Origin: Vicugna vicugna
Taxonomy: Eukaryota
Direction: 5' to 3'
Assembly (NCBI GenBank): GCA_013265495.1
Contig: MU058781.1
Span: 4,465,050-4,529,049, forward strand
DNA: 64,000 bases
This document shows, in pieces, positions 24,101 through 37,769 of this stretch. Below the pieces are notes generated by a model. It was not told the DNA's origin, did no database searches, and saw nothing but the letters and a program-made list of their open reading frames with translations. A program made the translations under genes and the position numbers. Every line of letters starts with the position of its first letter. Position 1 is the first letter of the stretch.

Positions 24101-25159
24101 TAGGAGAGTTTAAGAAGTTTGGTGCTAAAGTAGGTGCCATCATGGTGTTATTAATTTAGTTCTGAACAAGACAAACAGCTCTGTGCAGCCATCAAAATCA
24201 CTACATAAGTCGACAAGATAACTTTGTCAAGACTGATGGGAATTTACAGAAAAGTCTTGTGATATGTGGAAGGAATTAGCAAATAGATAAGGAGCATATC
24301 ATTTTTCTAGAAAACCACTGTCAAGGACTCAGTGCCCATGCAGAACCAGGCACCTGCCAAGATATCTACCATGTGTGTACAATCGCTTTCTCAGATGCTC
24401 AGAAACTTGTGGGAACTTAGAACAGAACCAGAGGTAAGAGGTCAAGGGAACAACAGGTACAAACAATGTTTAGGGCCTCCTCTGGGAGCCCCATGGAGAC
24501 TTAAGTACTGCCCAGCATCATCAACAGCAACAGAACACTCCCAGTGGGAACAGACTTCATGTGGGAAGAAGTCTGCGGGGACAGAAGAATGAGTTGCCAG
24601 TTCCCCATTACTTACACATCCCAAGAACACATTGCTTTGAAAATTCCATAGCCCTCAGCTCTGTCCTCTCTGCACGTATCAGTTGTTAAAATTCAGATCA
24701 ATAGAGACAGAGCCTAGACTCCTAACTACGTATCCCACAGCTTCCCGTGAGTCCATTGTCACCTGGCTGCTCACAGGACCCCAAATGTCCCCAAGTTGGA
24801 AAGCACTCAGATAGAAGACAGAGAAGGACAGGGTGCCATGCACCGCAGCTTTCCACTGGTGGTCTTGGGACCGTCTGAGGTCAGGAAACAGATGAACTTT
24901 TTACCTAATTCCACAAAAATTTTGTGAATATCTTTTATGTTCCAGGTACTATGCTGTACCCTGGATATACAAGCACTGCTCCTGCCATTAGAGATTACAT
25001 TCTAGTGGAAGAGGCAGATATGAGGGGATAATTACAAGAGGCTGTGATAATGACAAGAGTATGACAATAGAGGAAGCAGGGGTATATGACTGGGGGACAG
25101 ACTTAGTCTGGGGGCCTAGTGAAGGGGTCACTGAGGAAGGGGTGCTTAAACCAGGACTC

Positions 25160-25408
25160 CAGGAATTTTTTTTTTAACTTTAATGATCATGTAGTAATAC
25201 AATGTGTATTAGACAAAATATTCTTGACAAACTACAGTCTCATTTTCATATATACAGATGCACATGTTTCCTTTTCAAGTAAACTAATTCAAATTAAAAA
25301 GTGAGTCGATTTAAAAGAAAATAGTAAGCAAATAATAGCTCAATTGGTACTCAAATGTACAACAAATTGTGAATTCAGTACGTGAATGACTGAAGTTTGA
25401 GAAACCTT
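25160..25408. mobile_element. hAT-Charlie-derived DNA transposon fragment next to an L2 fragment (about 24905-25150)
   Basis: AT-rich body ending in ctgaagtttgagaaacc, a Charlie/MER-type terminus; subfamily not resolved. Confidence 0.5.
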
Positions 25409-26444
25409 TTGAGGGACGGTGACGAGACAGACAAGGGCCTGCCTGAGAGGGAGGGGCCTCAGGCAAAGAGCAGAAATAACAGAACGAAGGTAAAGAAAGT
25501 AGACAGAAAGTCCCTTAATGTGCTTTCACCTGTATTGTTTCCTTCTTTCACCATCACCAGTCCCCTGGTGGGTAATGTATTCTCCTTGAATTTTCTATAG
25601 AATAACTGAGGCCCTTACAAGGTTGAGCGAAACACTAGAGGTCACCCCGCAGATTAGCACCAGAGGTCGGTGGGGGCCATCTCGCACCCAGCTGAGAACA
25701 GTGCCTCTCGCCTCCAACTTTCTAAGTGTGCAGCAAGATGAAAAATGAAACTTTGTGTAGAGCAAACAAAGTAAAACAGACGACTTCTAAGGAAAAAATG
25801 AAGGTCGCAATCGGCTTGAAAAACCTTAACCCTGTTTTTATTACTGCGTGTCCTTTGAAATAACTCAGTTTCAAGGTCCTTGCAGAAGCTTGAGGAATGT
25901 TTATTCTGCGTCTTTTCAAGGGAGACACAAGCCTCTAAAAAGCAAGGATGGGGAAGTCCACGTCCCATTCAGCCCAATGTCTGGCTCTCACAGGGACAAA
26001 GAAGGGCAGTCCATGGAAGGTGGACTTGTCCTTCTTACCGTCCACTTTCTAGTCGAGTTTTCCCCTCCTGGCTCCCAATTATCCAACAACTCATTAAAAG
26101 GCAACCTGTCATCTGTCATCCATGAGTTCCTCTTAAACCAAGGGAAGCAGTTCTATTTCCCAGTCTCTACCGCTCTGGGGATAAGGAACTCTGCACCGTT
26201 TGAAGAAGGAGAAAGGGTGATCCTCCAAAAGCCCCTCTAGGACCCCCGAGCACTATTGTTTCTTGGCCCCAGAACAATCTGGAAAGTGCAGCTGCTGTTG
26301 AATTCGCTGCCTTACCAGCGCCCTGTCACCTTTCCCACCACATCTCATCAACTCCATCTTCCTTCTGCCCTGTCTCTTCCCCGTTTCCTCCCCTCCCCGT
26401 CCCTTACCCCAGGCTTCCATGGATTTCCAGCTTCAGGGCACAGG

Positions 26445-27720
26445 ATTCATTCATCCAACCCACATTTACATGAGCACCTACTCTGCGCCAGGCTTTGCTC
26501 TAGATCCTGGGCTAACCAACCCAGTCCTCGCTCTCATGAAACTTACGTCCTAGTGGAAGGAGACAAACAGATAAACTAACAGCTTTTTAAAAGTCAAATA
26601 ATGATGCTGCTGCCTATGCAGGAGCACTTTTTAAAGACTGATGTGAAAGTGAGTGAATGAGGGCATACTCTACAGTCTGGAGAGCCTCTCTAAGGAGATC
26701 ACATTGGAGGTGGGATCTCAACCATGTGAAGAGTGGGGAGTGGTGGACGGAGCATTCCAAACAGAGGGAGCAGCTCTTGCAAAGGCCCTGGGCCAGGGGG
26801 AAGGAGGCAGTTTCACGGAATTGGATGGAGGCCAGGGACTCTTGGTGGGGCCGTCAGCAGCAATATTGTGCGGGGCTCTTCCAGTCATCTGGGGATTTCT
26901 AGCACCCTTGGCCTCCCCTCCACTTAAATGTCAGTGAAGCCCTGGTTTTGACCACCTACCCTCACCCCCCGACACACACATTTTTCCCGGTGCCACGTGA
27001 GCAGCCGCAGTGCTGCCCCAGGCAAGAAGCACAGGGACTTGGGAACGAGCATAATCCAAGGGGAGGCCAGGTAGGAAGGTGGGCCCAGCTCACTCATCTT
27101 TGTCAACAGGTGTATTAGTTTCCTAGGGCTGCCTTCAGGAACCACAGGTACCTAAAAGAACAGAAACCTTCTCTCACTGTTCTGGAGGCCGGAAATCCAA
27201 AATCCAAGTGTCTGCAGAGCTGGGATCCTTCCAACTGAGGCCACGAGGGAGAGTGTTCCAGGGCTCTCTCCTCCTTCTGGTGGCCTCAGGCATTCCTGGG
27301 CTTGCGGCTGGCATTCTCCCTATGTCGTCATATCATCTTTCCCCGACGCATGTCTGTCTCTGTATCCCAATTGCCCTTTTTATAAGGACACCAATCATAC
27401 TAGATTAGGGCCCATTCAATTACCCCATTTTAATTTGATCATCTGCAAAGTCTATTTCCAAATAGGTTCACATTCCCGGGTACTCAGAACTTCAACATCT
27501 TTTGGGGGAGGACACAGTGCAACCCATAACACAGGGCAGAGTCTGGATTTTGTGCTAAAAGTAACCCCTTGGAAGATTTTAAACAAGGGAGCGATGTGAT
27601 CTGACTTCTGCTTTCAAAAGATCACTTGGGTTCATATTTGGAGAGTGACTTATTTGGGACAGGAGAAGCAGAGGCACCAGTTAGTTCAGAAATTCAGGCC
27701 AGAGATGATGCTGGATCAGA
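26445..27720 (-). mobile_element. L2 fragment interrupted by a MER20-like element (about 26835-27030) and an MLT1 LTR
   Basis: ttcattcatccaacccacatttacatgagcacctactctgcgccagg (L2 3' end, reverse); ctagcacccttggcctcccctccacttaaatgtcagt (MER20-like); L2 resumes at ggaagattttaaacaagggagcgatgtgatctg. Confidence 0.7.
27111..27531 (-). mobile_element. MaLR solo LTR (MLT1B/C-like)
   Basis: tgtattagtttcctagggctgcc...ttctggaggccggaaatccaaaatc...ttataaggacaccaatcatactagattagggccc...aacccataaca. Confidence 0.92.
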
Positions 27721-28358
27721 AGTGTCCTAATACCTGTGCTCAAGTAGCTACAGCATTGGGCTAGGTGTGGCCTCTCAAAGAACTGACCAGGAACTGGACT
27801 CACACTTAGCTGGAGAACTTCTGCTCAGGGAAGGAAAGCTATCTGGGGACAGTCTACCCAAGGAGGCAAATCGGAACCAGGAGACCATCAGCCGCCATGT
27901 AGAGACCAGATAATGACTTGGACAAGTCGTTCTGATGGTGTTGGCGGATGTCACCAGTCAGTGCCTCACTGGGGCCAAATGAATCAGCCCAGAGGGCAAC
28001 AGCCAGGTGAGAGGACGTGGAGTTCCTTAATTATGCAATTTGGGGTGATGACATGGCTGTTTCACGGTGACAACCTAACCTGTCATAAGATGCACCTTTA
28101 AGTGCCTGAATTTTAATTTCAGTACTAAAGGAGGAAGGTGGCGATGGAAGAGCTGAGGGCTAGGAGAACTATTAGGCAACTTTGCAAGGAAAGTTTCTTC
28201 TTAAGGTGTCTTTTAATTCTTTAAATAAGGCACTAACTCTGGACCTTTTCTCACTCTCCACTGCCAGTGGCTTCTGTTTACAAAGAGTGATCGATGGCTA
28301 ACCTTGACATCCCATCACTGGACTCCACATCACCGGACAGTACAGGACTACTCGAAAG

Positions 28359-28717
28359 TTAGGGTCAGCCAACCACGGCCCACAGGTCAACTCTGGCCAC
28401 CGCCTGCTTTTGCACAGCCTGAGAGATAAGAATAGTTTCCTTACTTTTAAGTGGTTGCAAGAAAATCAAAAGAATCATATTTTGTAACACACAAATCACA
28501 TTGTATGACACATGAAAATTAAAATTCTATGAAATTCAACTTTCAGTGTCTGTAAATAAAGTTTTATGGAAACACAGCCATACTCATTTGTTTCCGTATT
28601 AACCATGACTGCTTTTGTGACACAACAGCAAAGCTGAGTAATTTTGTCTGTGCCCACATAGCCACAAGTTGAAAATTTTGACTCCGGGCTTTTATAGAAA
28701 AGATTTGCCAGCTCCTG
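28359..28717. mobile_element. MER58B-like hAT-Charlie MITE
   Basis: agggtcagccaaccacggcccacagg...gtaaataaagttttatggaaacacagccatactcatttg...tttatagaaaagatttgccagctcctg. Confidence 0.88.
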
Positions 28718-28805
28718 CTCTAGAGGTTTGAGGAAGCAGCCTACTGGATCCTGCTGTGTGGTCTTCCTACATTTTCAAGCACTCTCCTAACTCTTTGAGA
28801 ACTAT

Positions 28806-29100
28806 TGTTTTATTCATTTGAAAATATACATTGAGCTCCTACTATGTGCCAGTCTCCGAGCTAGGTCCTGGGGGTAGGGTACAGCTGGGGACAATACCAG
28901 TCTCTGCTCTCAGAGCTCACAGTCTGGTAGAAGAGCAGTGGATCGAAAATGTTCTGAACAGGAGGTGTATGGCGCTATAAAAACACAAAATAGGTGAACT
29001 GACCACCTGTCTTGGGATAGCAAGTAAGACATGGCTAAGTATAAATGAACGACTGATTTGGGATTTGGAGGAAATGTTGAAGTTGACAAGGAGAAGGGAA
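28806..29100 (-). mobile_element. L2 3' fragment
   Basis: tattcatttgaaaatatacattgagctcctactatgtgccag...ctctcagagctcacagtctggt. Confidence 0.75.
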
Positions 29101-29259
29101 AGAGAAAGTTCGCCTATTTCCATTTCCTGAACACACACTCCCCTTCCTTTCTTCCACCCAGGGGAGTGAGAAAGAGGGGAGGATACAGAGATTGGGAGGG
29201 CCAGACGATGCAGAAACTTCGAGGTCACATGAGGGATTTTGTCTTTTCCCTAAGAACAG

Positions 29260-29720
29260 TGGGAAGTTGTACAAGAATGTTCTCAGTAGCACTGTCCCTA
29301 TTAGCAAAACTCTAGAAGCAACCAAAAGACCTATCCGTTGGAAAATAGAGAAATTATGGCATATTCACACAAAATGGAATACCGTAAAGGAACTAAAACA
29401 GATCTACCACAACTACATGCAACGGTGTGGATGAATCTCAGCAATGTATCATTAAATGAAAAAAGCAAGTCCCAGAAGATAACACAGAGAATGATACACT
29501 TTTCGTAATGTTTAAGGTAACTGAAATTTAACAGGGCACTTTTTAGTAATACATTTAGGTAATAAACCATATTTAAATAAAGCAAAGGAAAAATTAAACA
29601 CCAGGCTCAGGCTCGAGAGCTGGCTGCACCATGGGAAAGGGTTCAGTGCACAAGGAGACGAATGTTCTTGTTCCAGTTCTGTGGGCAATGGATTCATAGG
29701 TATTTGTAATATTCTTTAGA
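29260..29720 (+). mobile_element. Old L1 3' end (L1ME-like)
   Basis: tgtacaagaatgttctcagtagcactg...aattatggcatattcacacaaaatggaatac...tggatgaatctcagcaat...gaaaaaagcaagtcccagaag. Confidence 0.8.
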
Positions 29721-30762
29721 AATGTAATTGCAATGAGAAGTCATTAAAGCAATTCACAACAGAGGGTGGCATGGTCCAATCTGTAATTCAAGCAATCTCT
29801 CTGGATGCACTGAGGAGACTTCCTCGGAACAGGGCAAGAGTGGAAGCAGGCGGACCAAGCAAGAAGCCACTGGAAACGGGCAACAAGGCTAGCCTCAGGC
29901 CAGGGAGATGGTGGCAGAGACGGCAGTGTTGTCCCTTCGCTCAAACCGACTTGTCCATTTTTACATTTAAAGTATCAATATTAAAGAAACGGCAACTCAA
30001 CACTCCATTAGAGGGATGGTAGTAAAGGCAAATGGACATGAAAATAAATCAAGAGAGTGCCTTTAACCAACAGATCTCCAAGCCTTCCCCATTAGAAAAC
30101 GTGTTATCAGATGAATAAACATAGACCACATCTGGGTGAGGATTTGGAGACCATTAAAAGCATTATCAGCAAGGCCAGCTAGCTTAGGGGAGATCATAGA
30201 AAACCCTCTTATCTCCTGGAAAAATAAATAAGAGAAAATCACAACAAACTATACTCGAACAACAGCGCCCACCCTCCCAGAGCAGTTTTGCCCCCTCACT
30301 TCTATTGTATCTCCCTCCCACTGCCACAAATGTACTGAAAATTCTCTGAAGTACCAATTCTGAGAAACTGATTTCCCAACTGGCATGTTTACTTTGGCCA
30401 GCCACTCATCTGTGGATGCAGTTTGAGGCACAAGGGTCAAGGCTAAAGTCCAGCAAAGGCAAGTGATGATTTCGATACCCATTGTCGCAGGAATGCTTCC
30501 CCCAGTTAATAGAAGGCTGCCATCTGCATCAGGCAGCTATTAGGACATGAAAAGGTGATGAGTTTTAGGCCTTTCAGGTTTAGGCTGCTGACGCAATCAC
30601 ATGTTCTCTATCATGAGCAGCCCAGTGGAGAGACCCCCACCGGCTAAGTGACCTGGGTGGGCACCATCCTGTGAATCTGACAATACCAGGTCCACGTAGA
30701 CTTTCTGAAGTGTTGGCCTTCCTGCCCTAAGAAGCAATCTCAAAAGATAACAAGTTCCCTAC

Positions 30763-31038
30763 CTTAGGTGAACCCTGTTCTCTGCACTGATATCAAACGG
30801 TCCAAAACAACTTCTACTTCTCTCCCAACTGGTTACACTGAGCAGAAGCCAGTGAACGCTACTCTTGGAAGTGACAGACTCTTGTTTTTGCACCCTGGTG
30901 TGTCCAGCACAGCCCCCCGCTGAGCTGAGGACAAGTCCTATTCTCTGCAATGCTGAATGGCTCCTCTTTGTTTTCCCTTCTGCCGAGTTTTTCGTATCTG
31001 ATTACTTGCTGGTTATTACATGCTTGTAAATCAAACAA
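30763..31038 (-). other. Candidate minus-strand exon (276 nt if internal, or an alternative first exon)
   Basis: Donor AAG|gtaggg (exon ends at 30763); upstream attaac plus ttgcttttgtttttccttgaag| acceptor; GC box ccccgccc at 31117-31124; no recognisable repeat. Confidence 0.45.
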
Positions 31039-31544
31039 CTTCAAGGAAAAACAAAAGCAAGTTAATGGGTCAACCACCCTCCCCTCCACCTTGCTCCATC
31101 TCCTTAACCAACAAATCCCCGCCCTCTTCTCTTCTTCCTTCCTCCTCCCTCAAGAAATAACAGTGACATGATTTACAAAACAGCTTCCACAGTGTCAAGC
31201 TTTACAGCCTTCCAAGTGAGTTTTTTTGACTCTGGGGCATGTAAGATTAAGAATCTGCCCCTCAAATGATATGAATAATAATAATGGTAATGTTTTAAAA
31301 AGGCTGTTAAAAGCCCTACAGAAGAACAGATTTTCAATTATGAGAAATTTGGAGGGTGGCTGGTTCAGACAGCTTCGCACATACATGCTCCAATGATGCC
31401 CGGGGGATGCTAGTCTCACAGAAGAGCTTCCTGAGCACAGGTGGGAATGGGGATCACAGAGTTGACTCATTTACATTGGAAGTTGAACAGATTTGCCCCA
31501 AGTAACAGATACTGTTACATATTGACATGGATTTGTAAATCACA

Positions 31545-31715
31545 GCGCTGCAGATCTGGGATGGGTCTAGAGATCACCTAATCAAACTGGCTCACGTTAC
31601 AGAAAAGGAGATTGAGGCCCAGAAATCCCAAGTGACTAACCTGACTGTGCCCAGCGGCAGAGCTGGGGCTCAGATGTTACCTTCCTGGCTCCCAGTCCAG
31701 CCCACTTTCCTCACA
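31545..31715 (-). mobile_element. MIR SINE
   Basis: tagagatcacctaatcaaac...ttacagaaaaggagattgaggcccagaaa...cctggctcccagtccag. Confidence 0.7.
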
Positions 31716-32134
31716 AGCCCCTACTTGCCTCTGAATATGAGTGAAATGATTCAGTTATCTTACAACAAACAGAAACGCAATGAGGGAAGTAAGATAGAAA
31801 AGAAAGAAAGAAAGTGAAACAGAGGAAAGGATGGAAGAGACAGAGACAGAAATTACAGGAGGGACCTCCCCACCGTCTGCCGCTGTGTGTCTCCATCTTT
31901 CTCTGCATCTGCCTGATCCCACTCTCTTCTGAGACCCGTCTCCACTCTGCCTCCCACACATAGGCTCCTGAAAGAGCACAGCATTATTTCCTTTATTCTA
32001 AACAGTTCTGAGGAAGGCCTGGAAACGAGCAGAACACTGGTGGGGCCAGGAGCAGTCAGAGTGAATTCTCCAGGACTTCTGCTCCATGCCTGCCCCATGC
32101 CCACCTGCCTCCACTGCAAGTGAGGAAGGGCGAG

Positions 32135-32291
32135 CCGGTCTCATGGGCCTCAAATGTGGCTCACGGGCACCACCAGAAACTGTTAAAAATGAAGAATCTT
32201 GGGCCCCAGCCCCAAACCTAAGGGATCAGAATCTGCACTTTAACAAGCGCACAAATGATTTCAATGGACACTCAAGTCTGAGAAGCAACGA
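32135..32291. mobile_element. MER5A-like hAT MITE
   Basis: tgttaaaaatgaagaatcttgggccccagcccc...atcagaatctgcactttaacaag...aagtctgagaagca. Confidence 0.75.
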
Positions 32292-35200
32292 TGTGGAGAA
32301 CACTGTAAATGTTTCTTTGTAAGTCCACCTCCTTCAGTCACCACCTCTCTTCCAGGCCCAGGGAAGAAGACAAAGCAGAGACTGCAAAGACTGAGTAAGA
32401 TTCACAGTCTTCTAAACGCTTAGGAGCAGACATGTTCATTTTCCCCAGCTGATTCCAGAGCACCTGTGGTTTGGTCCTTTCTCCTCAGGCTGGCTGTCGT
32501 CTGTGACAAACTCATGAGAACTCTTATAAAAGGCTGGGTTTTGCAAATCCAATGGGACGTAGATTTCCAATATTTCCAGCCCCTTCTGAATCAAAAAAGT
32601 ACAAACAGCAGGCAGGATTTAAATATTTTGAACTTGCCAAATTCTGTAGCAAAGCAAATCTCCTTCCAAAATTTGCTGAAAAAGGGGGAGTCGTAGGGTA
32701 CCAAGAAGACGTGGATGGTTCCACTGCTCAGAAGAGGCAGCCTTGCAGCCAATGTTTTCTAATGAGCAGGCTTGCTGAAAAATCACAATTAAAAAATAGC
32801 AGGAGAGAGTTTTCAGGTGTCGGCTCCCATCAGAGAGTAACAGACAAGAAATAAGGATCGTCTTTTGTAAAAGCATTTCCAGCTTTGAAGCTGGTGAGAG
32901 AATACTGACTTCAATCTTTCTTTTTCCCAAGTGTGATGTCACCCCATGTGTCACACTGACACTGACAAGGATTTCTTATAAAATAATCCCTTTGCCAACA
33001 TAGGTGAATAGCCCTGCCCTTTGATCTAAACAGACATGATCTTGAGAGTTACCCTGCTTACACATCTCTGGTTAGGCTGCTCAGAAGCATTCTGAAAGGA
33101 GACAGAGGAGGAGGGTACATATACAAGTAGAATGAGTAAGTTTAAAGGGAGGGGGAGAAAGAACAAATTCTAGAACGTGCATCCTATGAATAGACAGTGC
33201 CAATGTGCGATGTATGAAGCACTCTACACCCTTCACAGAGTTTATTTAATCTGCACACTTTGCCAATCATGTTCATATTTATAGCCAAGTGCAACTCTTC
33301 ATAACACAGTCTAAAACAAAGGCCAAATAAAAAAATACCCCAGGGGAAGCTGAATTCTGTTGCTTTCCCTTCTTCCCCCCCACATACACACAAACCACCA
33401 CCACACTAAACCTCTCCTGCACCTACACAACATTAACACGGTGCCAGGCCTCCCCCAGACAACAGTCTCCGCTGCTGAGACTGAAAGTGAGTCTTATTCC
33501 CACAGTGGATTCCCCCTCATCAGACAGAGATGTTAAGCGTGGCTCCTGGATTAGAATACTTGGGGGGGGGGGAGCTTCAGGATGGAAGCAAAACCCCAAA
33601 GTGACTGCTTCACTCTTTGCAATGACAGCTTAAAAGGGGACACACACACAAACACACATGCTTGTGCCCCCACGTGTTTCCTGTGCCTTCAAACTTCCTC
33701 TATTTTTTTGAACTTTGAATCCAGCACCGCAACGCTGAAAGTCTGATGGTGTTTGTATCTGCTTCATATCTGACCTGGCTCCAGGCAACGCAGGTGAGTT
33801 GTTGGCGAGGTCCATCCTGCTACAAAAATCAGCACACCTGAGCACAAAGTCTTTTTTTCAGAATGGACAGGCCGACTGTGGACAGGATCCGGTTCTAAAG
33901 ATTTGGCATAATTTGTCTCTTCAGAAGAAGTCTGAGGGACACAGAAAGGAAAAATACTTCAAGTGAGGAATCAGCCTTCTGAAAATGAAGGCAACCTGGA
34001 GAAGGGAGTGTCTGGCTCACTGCCATTATGCAACTGCCATGTCTTCAACATCCATTAAAATGCAGCATCCCGCTCCGCCCCGAGACTCCTCACACCAACA
34101 AGGCAGTTGGGGGGGGGGTGGTTCATGAACTCATCCTTGGTAATGAGGGGACAGTCTTCTCTAGAAGCCTCTTGATTTTAGAAAGGATTTCTTTTAAAAA
34201 GGACATCTTTTCTTTTCCCATCTGTTTCTTCTCACAGTACAATTTGGGGTCAAATCAGATCTTACAACATTCCGAAAAATAACTTGGCCCTTTCCTCCTG
34301 TAAGTTTGAACGTGCAGCGAGAAGAGGGCTTGCTTTTACTGCCTCTTTCAGCATGGATGGGGCTGCAGGAAACACTCCCCAGCTGCCACTGTGTAAGAAT
34401 CTGTTACAACAGTCAGGGGGGTGAATGACTTCTGAAGGGGAGAAAAAGGACACCCCCAAAGAAAAGGATATTAATTGAATTGGTTCTCAAAAACTGCAAA
34501 TCCCTGTATCCTCTTCAAACACATGAGGCATTAATGCTGCAAAGAGCCTTGTGGGCTGTGACACAGAAAGTCTCCAAGGAGAAGGAGCATGGATGGCCTC
34601 TGTCACACAGCTAGAGTGTCTCCTGAAATGGTGAGGTTTGGTCTTCAAGTTCAAGCTACTGGGACACAGAATGAAGTTACTGTGCACACTCAGTCACAAG
34701 CAACTTGAAACTTTTATATGAAGCCAAAAATGGGGAAAGAAAAAAATAAACTTTTTTTCCAGCTGCTAAAAAAAAAAACGGTCCCTGTTCCTGGCCTTCT
34801 TCCCCTCCTCACATTGGCCAGTGTCAGTGGGGTGAGCTCTCCAAACAAAGAGGTAATCAAGCCAACGGTGTGCTGCTGCCACCCAAGGAGCCACACAACC
34901 TCAGCACCACGTCCTCTCCAACACTCAAGAGTTGGGGAACAACACCTGCTACAAGCACAGTCCGGTTTTCTGTTTCCAAATATAGGGCTAAAGAGAAATT
35001 GAAGCTGAAATCATTTACAACAAAATGGTCCTTGTGAAGGAATCGCCAATCCCATACAATGAATGCTTTGTACCACCAGGTGACGGGGAAGATACAAGAA
35101 AGACACAGGGATGTGCTTAAATGGACAGGTTAAGTTTTCCAGATGGCATCAAGGAAAATACCTTGATGAAACTAGAAAGTTAAATTTTGAAAACAGAAAT

Positions 35201-35603
35201 GATAAGAAAATTTTAAATCCGTATCACATTATATCATTAGATATAACATCTAATTATTAAGTTAATATAATTTTTAAAGCCTCGTTTTTAAAGTGTTTAA
35301 GTAGTGTTTTTTTTTTTTTTTAATTTTGGGGTGGGGGTGGGTTTGGCTAACTGGAAAGCTCCAATACCTGCTGTTTGGTTCAAAGTTAAAGGCCAATAAA
35401 GTGGTGTAGAACAGTAGAGCCCTTGAGCTAGATTTCTCAGAAAACACTTCTGCCTCCCTTTCCATTCAGTTCACATGACTGTCACCCTCCCCAGGGATGC
35501 TGGCCCCAGAAGGAAGGGGATTCTACAGGCCCCAAATTTCCTGAGGCTAGACTTTACTGAGCAGGAGCAGGCTGGACTCTGAGCACTTCCTAGCCTACCA
35601 GGG

Positions 35604-36000
35604 TGATTTGGGCTGAGTGTTTGTGTCCCTTAAAGTTCTTACATTGAAGCCCTAACCCCCAGAGTGTTGATATTTGGAGCTGGGGCCTTGGGGAGGTAAT
35701 TATATGAGGTCATGAGAGCAGGATCCTCATGATGGGATTAGTGGTTTTATAAAAAAAAGGAAGACAGACTCCCTCCCCCTCCCTCTTTCTCTGTCCCTTC
35801 CTCCCTGCCCTTGTCCCTTGGCCACCAAAGAAAAGACCAAGTGAAGACACAGCTAGAAGGTGGCAGCTGTCTACAAATCACCAGAACCCAGATCTGCTGG
35901 CATCTTGACCTTGGACTTTCAGCCTCCAGAACCATGAGAAAGAAACATCTGTTGTTTAAGCCCAAGTCTGTGGTGCTGTGGTGCAGCCAGAGCTAAGACA
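35604..36000 (+). mobile_element. MaLR solo LTR (MLT1A0-like)
   Basis: ttgaagccctaacccccagagtg...ctcatgatgggattagtg...ggcatcttgaccttggactttcagcctccagaaccatgagaaa...gctaagaca. Confidence 0.92.
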
Positions 36001-37769
36001 CTCTGTCCCCACCCCACCCCCACCCCCCTAGGCAGCTACTCCAGGAGGTCACCTTCCTCCACTGCTATGAATAATCCCGGCCTTAACCAGCCCCAACTGA
36101 TCATCACTTCCTTCCTTCTGAAGGTCACAGGATTAAGCTTCTGACTTCTGGGAGGGAAATACAGAAACAAAAAGAGTGTGTGTGTTTGTGTGTGTGTGTG
36201 TACACTGGGCAGAGAGCACACTCTCTTTCAAAGACCGACTAGAAAAACATAACAGCTACAGGCGGGTTGCCATGAACATCACTCCGGACAGAGGTACACT
36301 CTCAGCCTCTTTCCAACTGTGCTTGGCCTCCTCTCGAGTTATCTTTCTAACATGTGCACTGTGTCTGGTTCTTATAAATATCCTCTTAAAGAGGGTGAAA
36401 AGGTCATCCTGATTCACATCGGCGGAGACAAGAGGGCATTGGTTGAGCTTGTCTCCATCAGTGATCTATTTTCGAAACCTCCCAGCCACAACAAGCCTCT
36501 TTGTTGTTAAAGTGAGATGTTTTTGAAACACAGAGCCGCAAAAAATACACAAAGTCTGGGTACAACCAGATGCACAAAACTCTTGAACTTGACAATGCAG
36601 TTATGTTTCACTGAAGTTGAGAGCTGGCAGGGCGGACAGCAAAGGAGAGTCCAAGCTGAGCTGCAATTTTCACACTATGTTCCCCCTACCCGTCCCTAAA
36701 TAAGACCCATTTCCACACAACCTGGAGGCTGTAGTTCTAGGCTACACCAAGTATTAAGCCTTGGTTTTCCCAAGCTTTCTCAAGGTCAAGAGCATCGTGA
36801 AGGATGTTACTATAATGAAACCACAGTTGCCATGGCCCCCACACCTGCAGTGGAAGGTAGATATGTAAGAAGGAGGTTGTGCTGTGCTAGAGATGGAAGT
36901 TGAGAGAATTCTGAAGAAGAGCTAAGTGCTGAGGAATGTGGAGTGTGTGTGGACCTCAGCCCTCCAGCGAAAGAAAGAAGAAGGCTTGCTGGGCAGATGG
37001 GGAGCCTGGGGGAAGATTAAAAACACCCCTAAGTGGACTGGGCCATCACAAGTTTCTGGAATGCAGACAGGAGAGGTAAGAGAGAGGACGTAATTCCACA
37101 GATATGGGAACAGTTACTGCATCTTCTAGATAGTCCTGTGCTGGGACATGAGGCCCAAAGGCTATGTCCTGCTGTCCAGACAGGCCTTAAGAGTGTCCAG
37201 TCAGGATGGTTTTATCAGGTCAGATCTACTGGGAATTGCTCACAACTTGTGTAACAGGAAAGTAAAAGTAGGGCACGACCTCCAGGGCAGGGACCATGCC
37301 CTGCTTGTTTTGCACCTACAGCCCCATATCCAGACTTCCCAATCCTATGGCTCTTGGGAGCTCTCAGTTCCCCCTTCTCTGTGGCACCCCCAAACCCATC
37401 CTTGTCTTCATGTTCTCTCCTCTATATTCTGGGTTTTTTTTTTAATATGCAAGAGTGGCCATGTTTCTGCCTCCAAGATAACCTGAGTGCTCTACAGACC
37501 CACTTCTCTTTGCCTCCAAAGATGACTGAAGTGATGGTCATTTGTCCCCAGGTACTTGCTGACTTATTAATCTTCAGCACCCAACTCTGATGGATGCTCT
37601 TTACGGAATTCCTGACTGGCGGGCGAGTCAGTGAAACCTGCCTTTAACCTTCAATGTGGAATGCTGATGGATACAGTCATGCTTCATAGCTCTGGGCACA
37701 ACTTCATCTTCGGTCCATACGGAGCCCTTCTCTTGTCTGTCTGTCTCTCTGCTTTTTGTTTTATCTATC

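Noticed and set aside
25631..25672. Two CTCF-like motifs (cactagaggtcac, caccagaggtcgg)
   Set aside because: Both deviate at core positions; cannot be supported without PWM scoring or ChIP data
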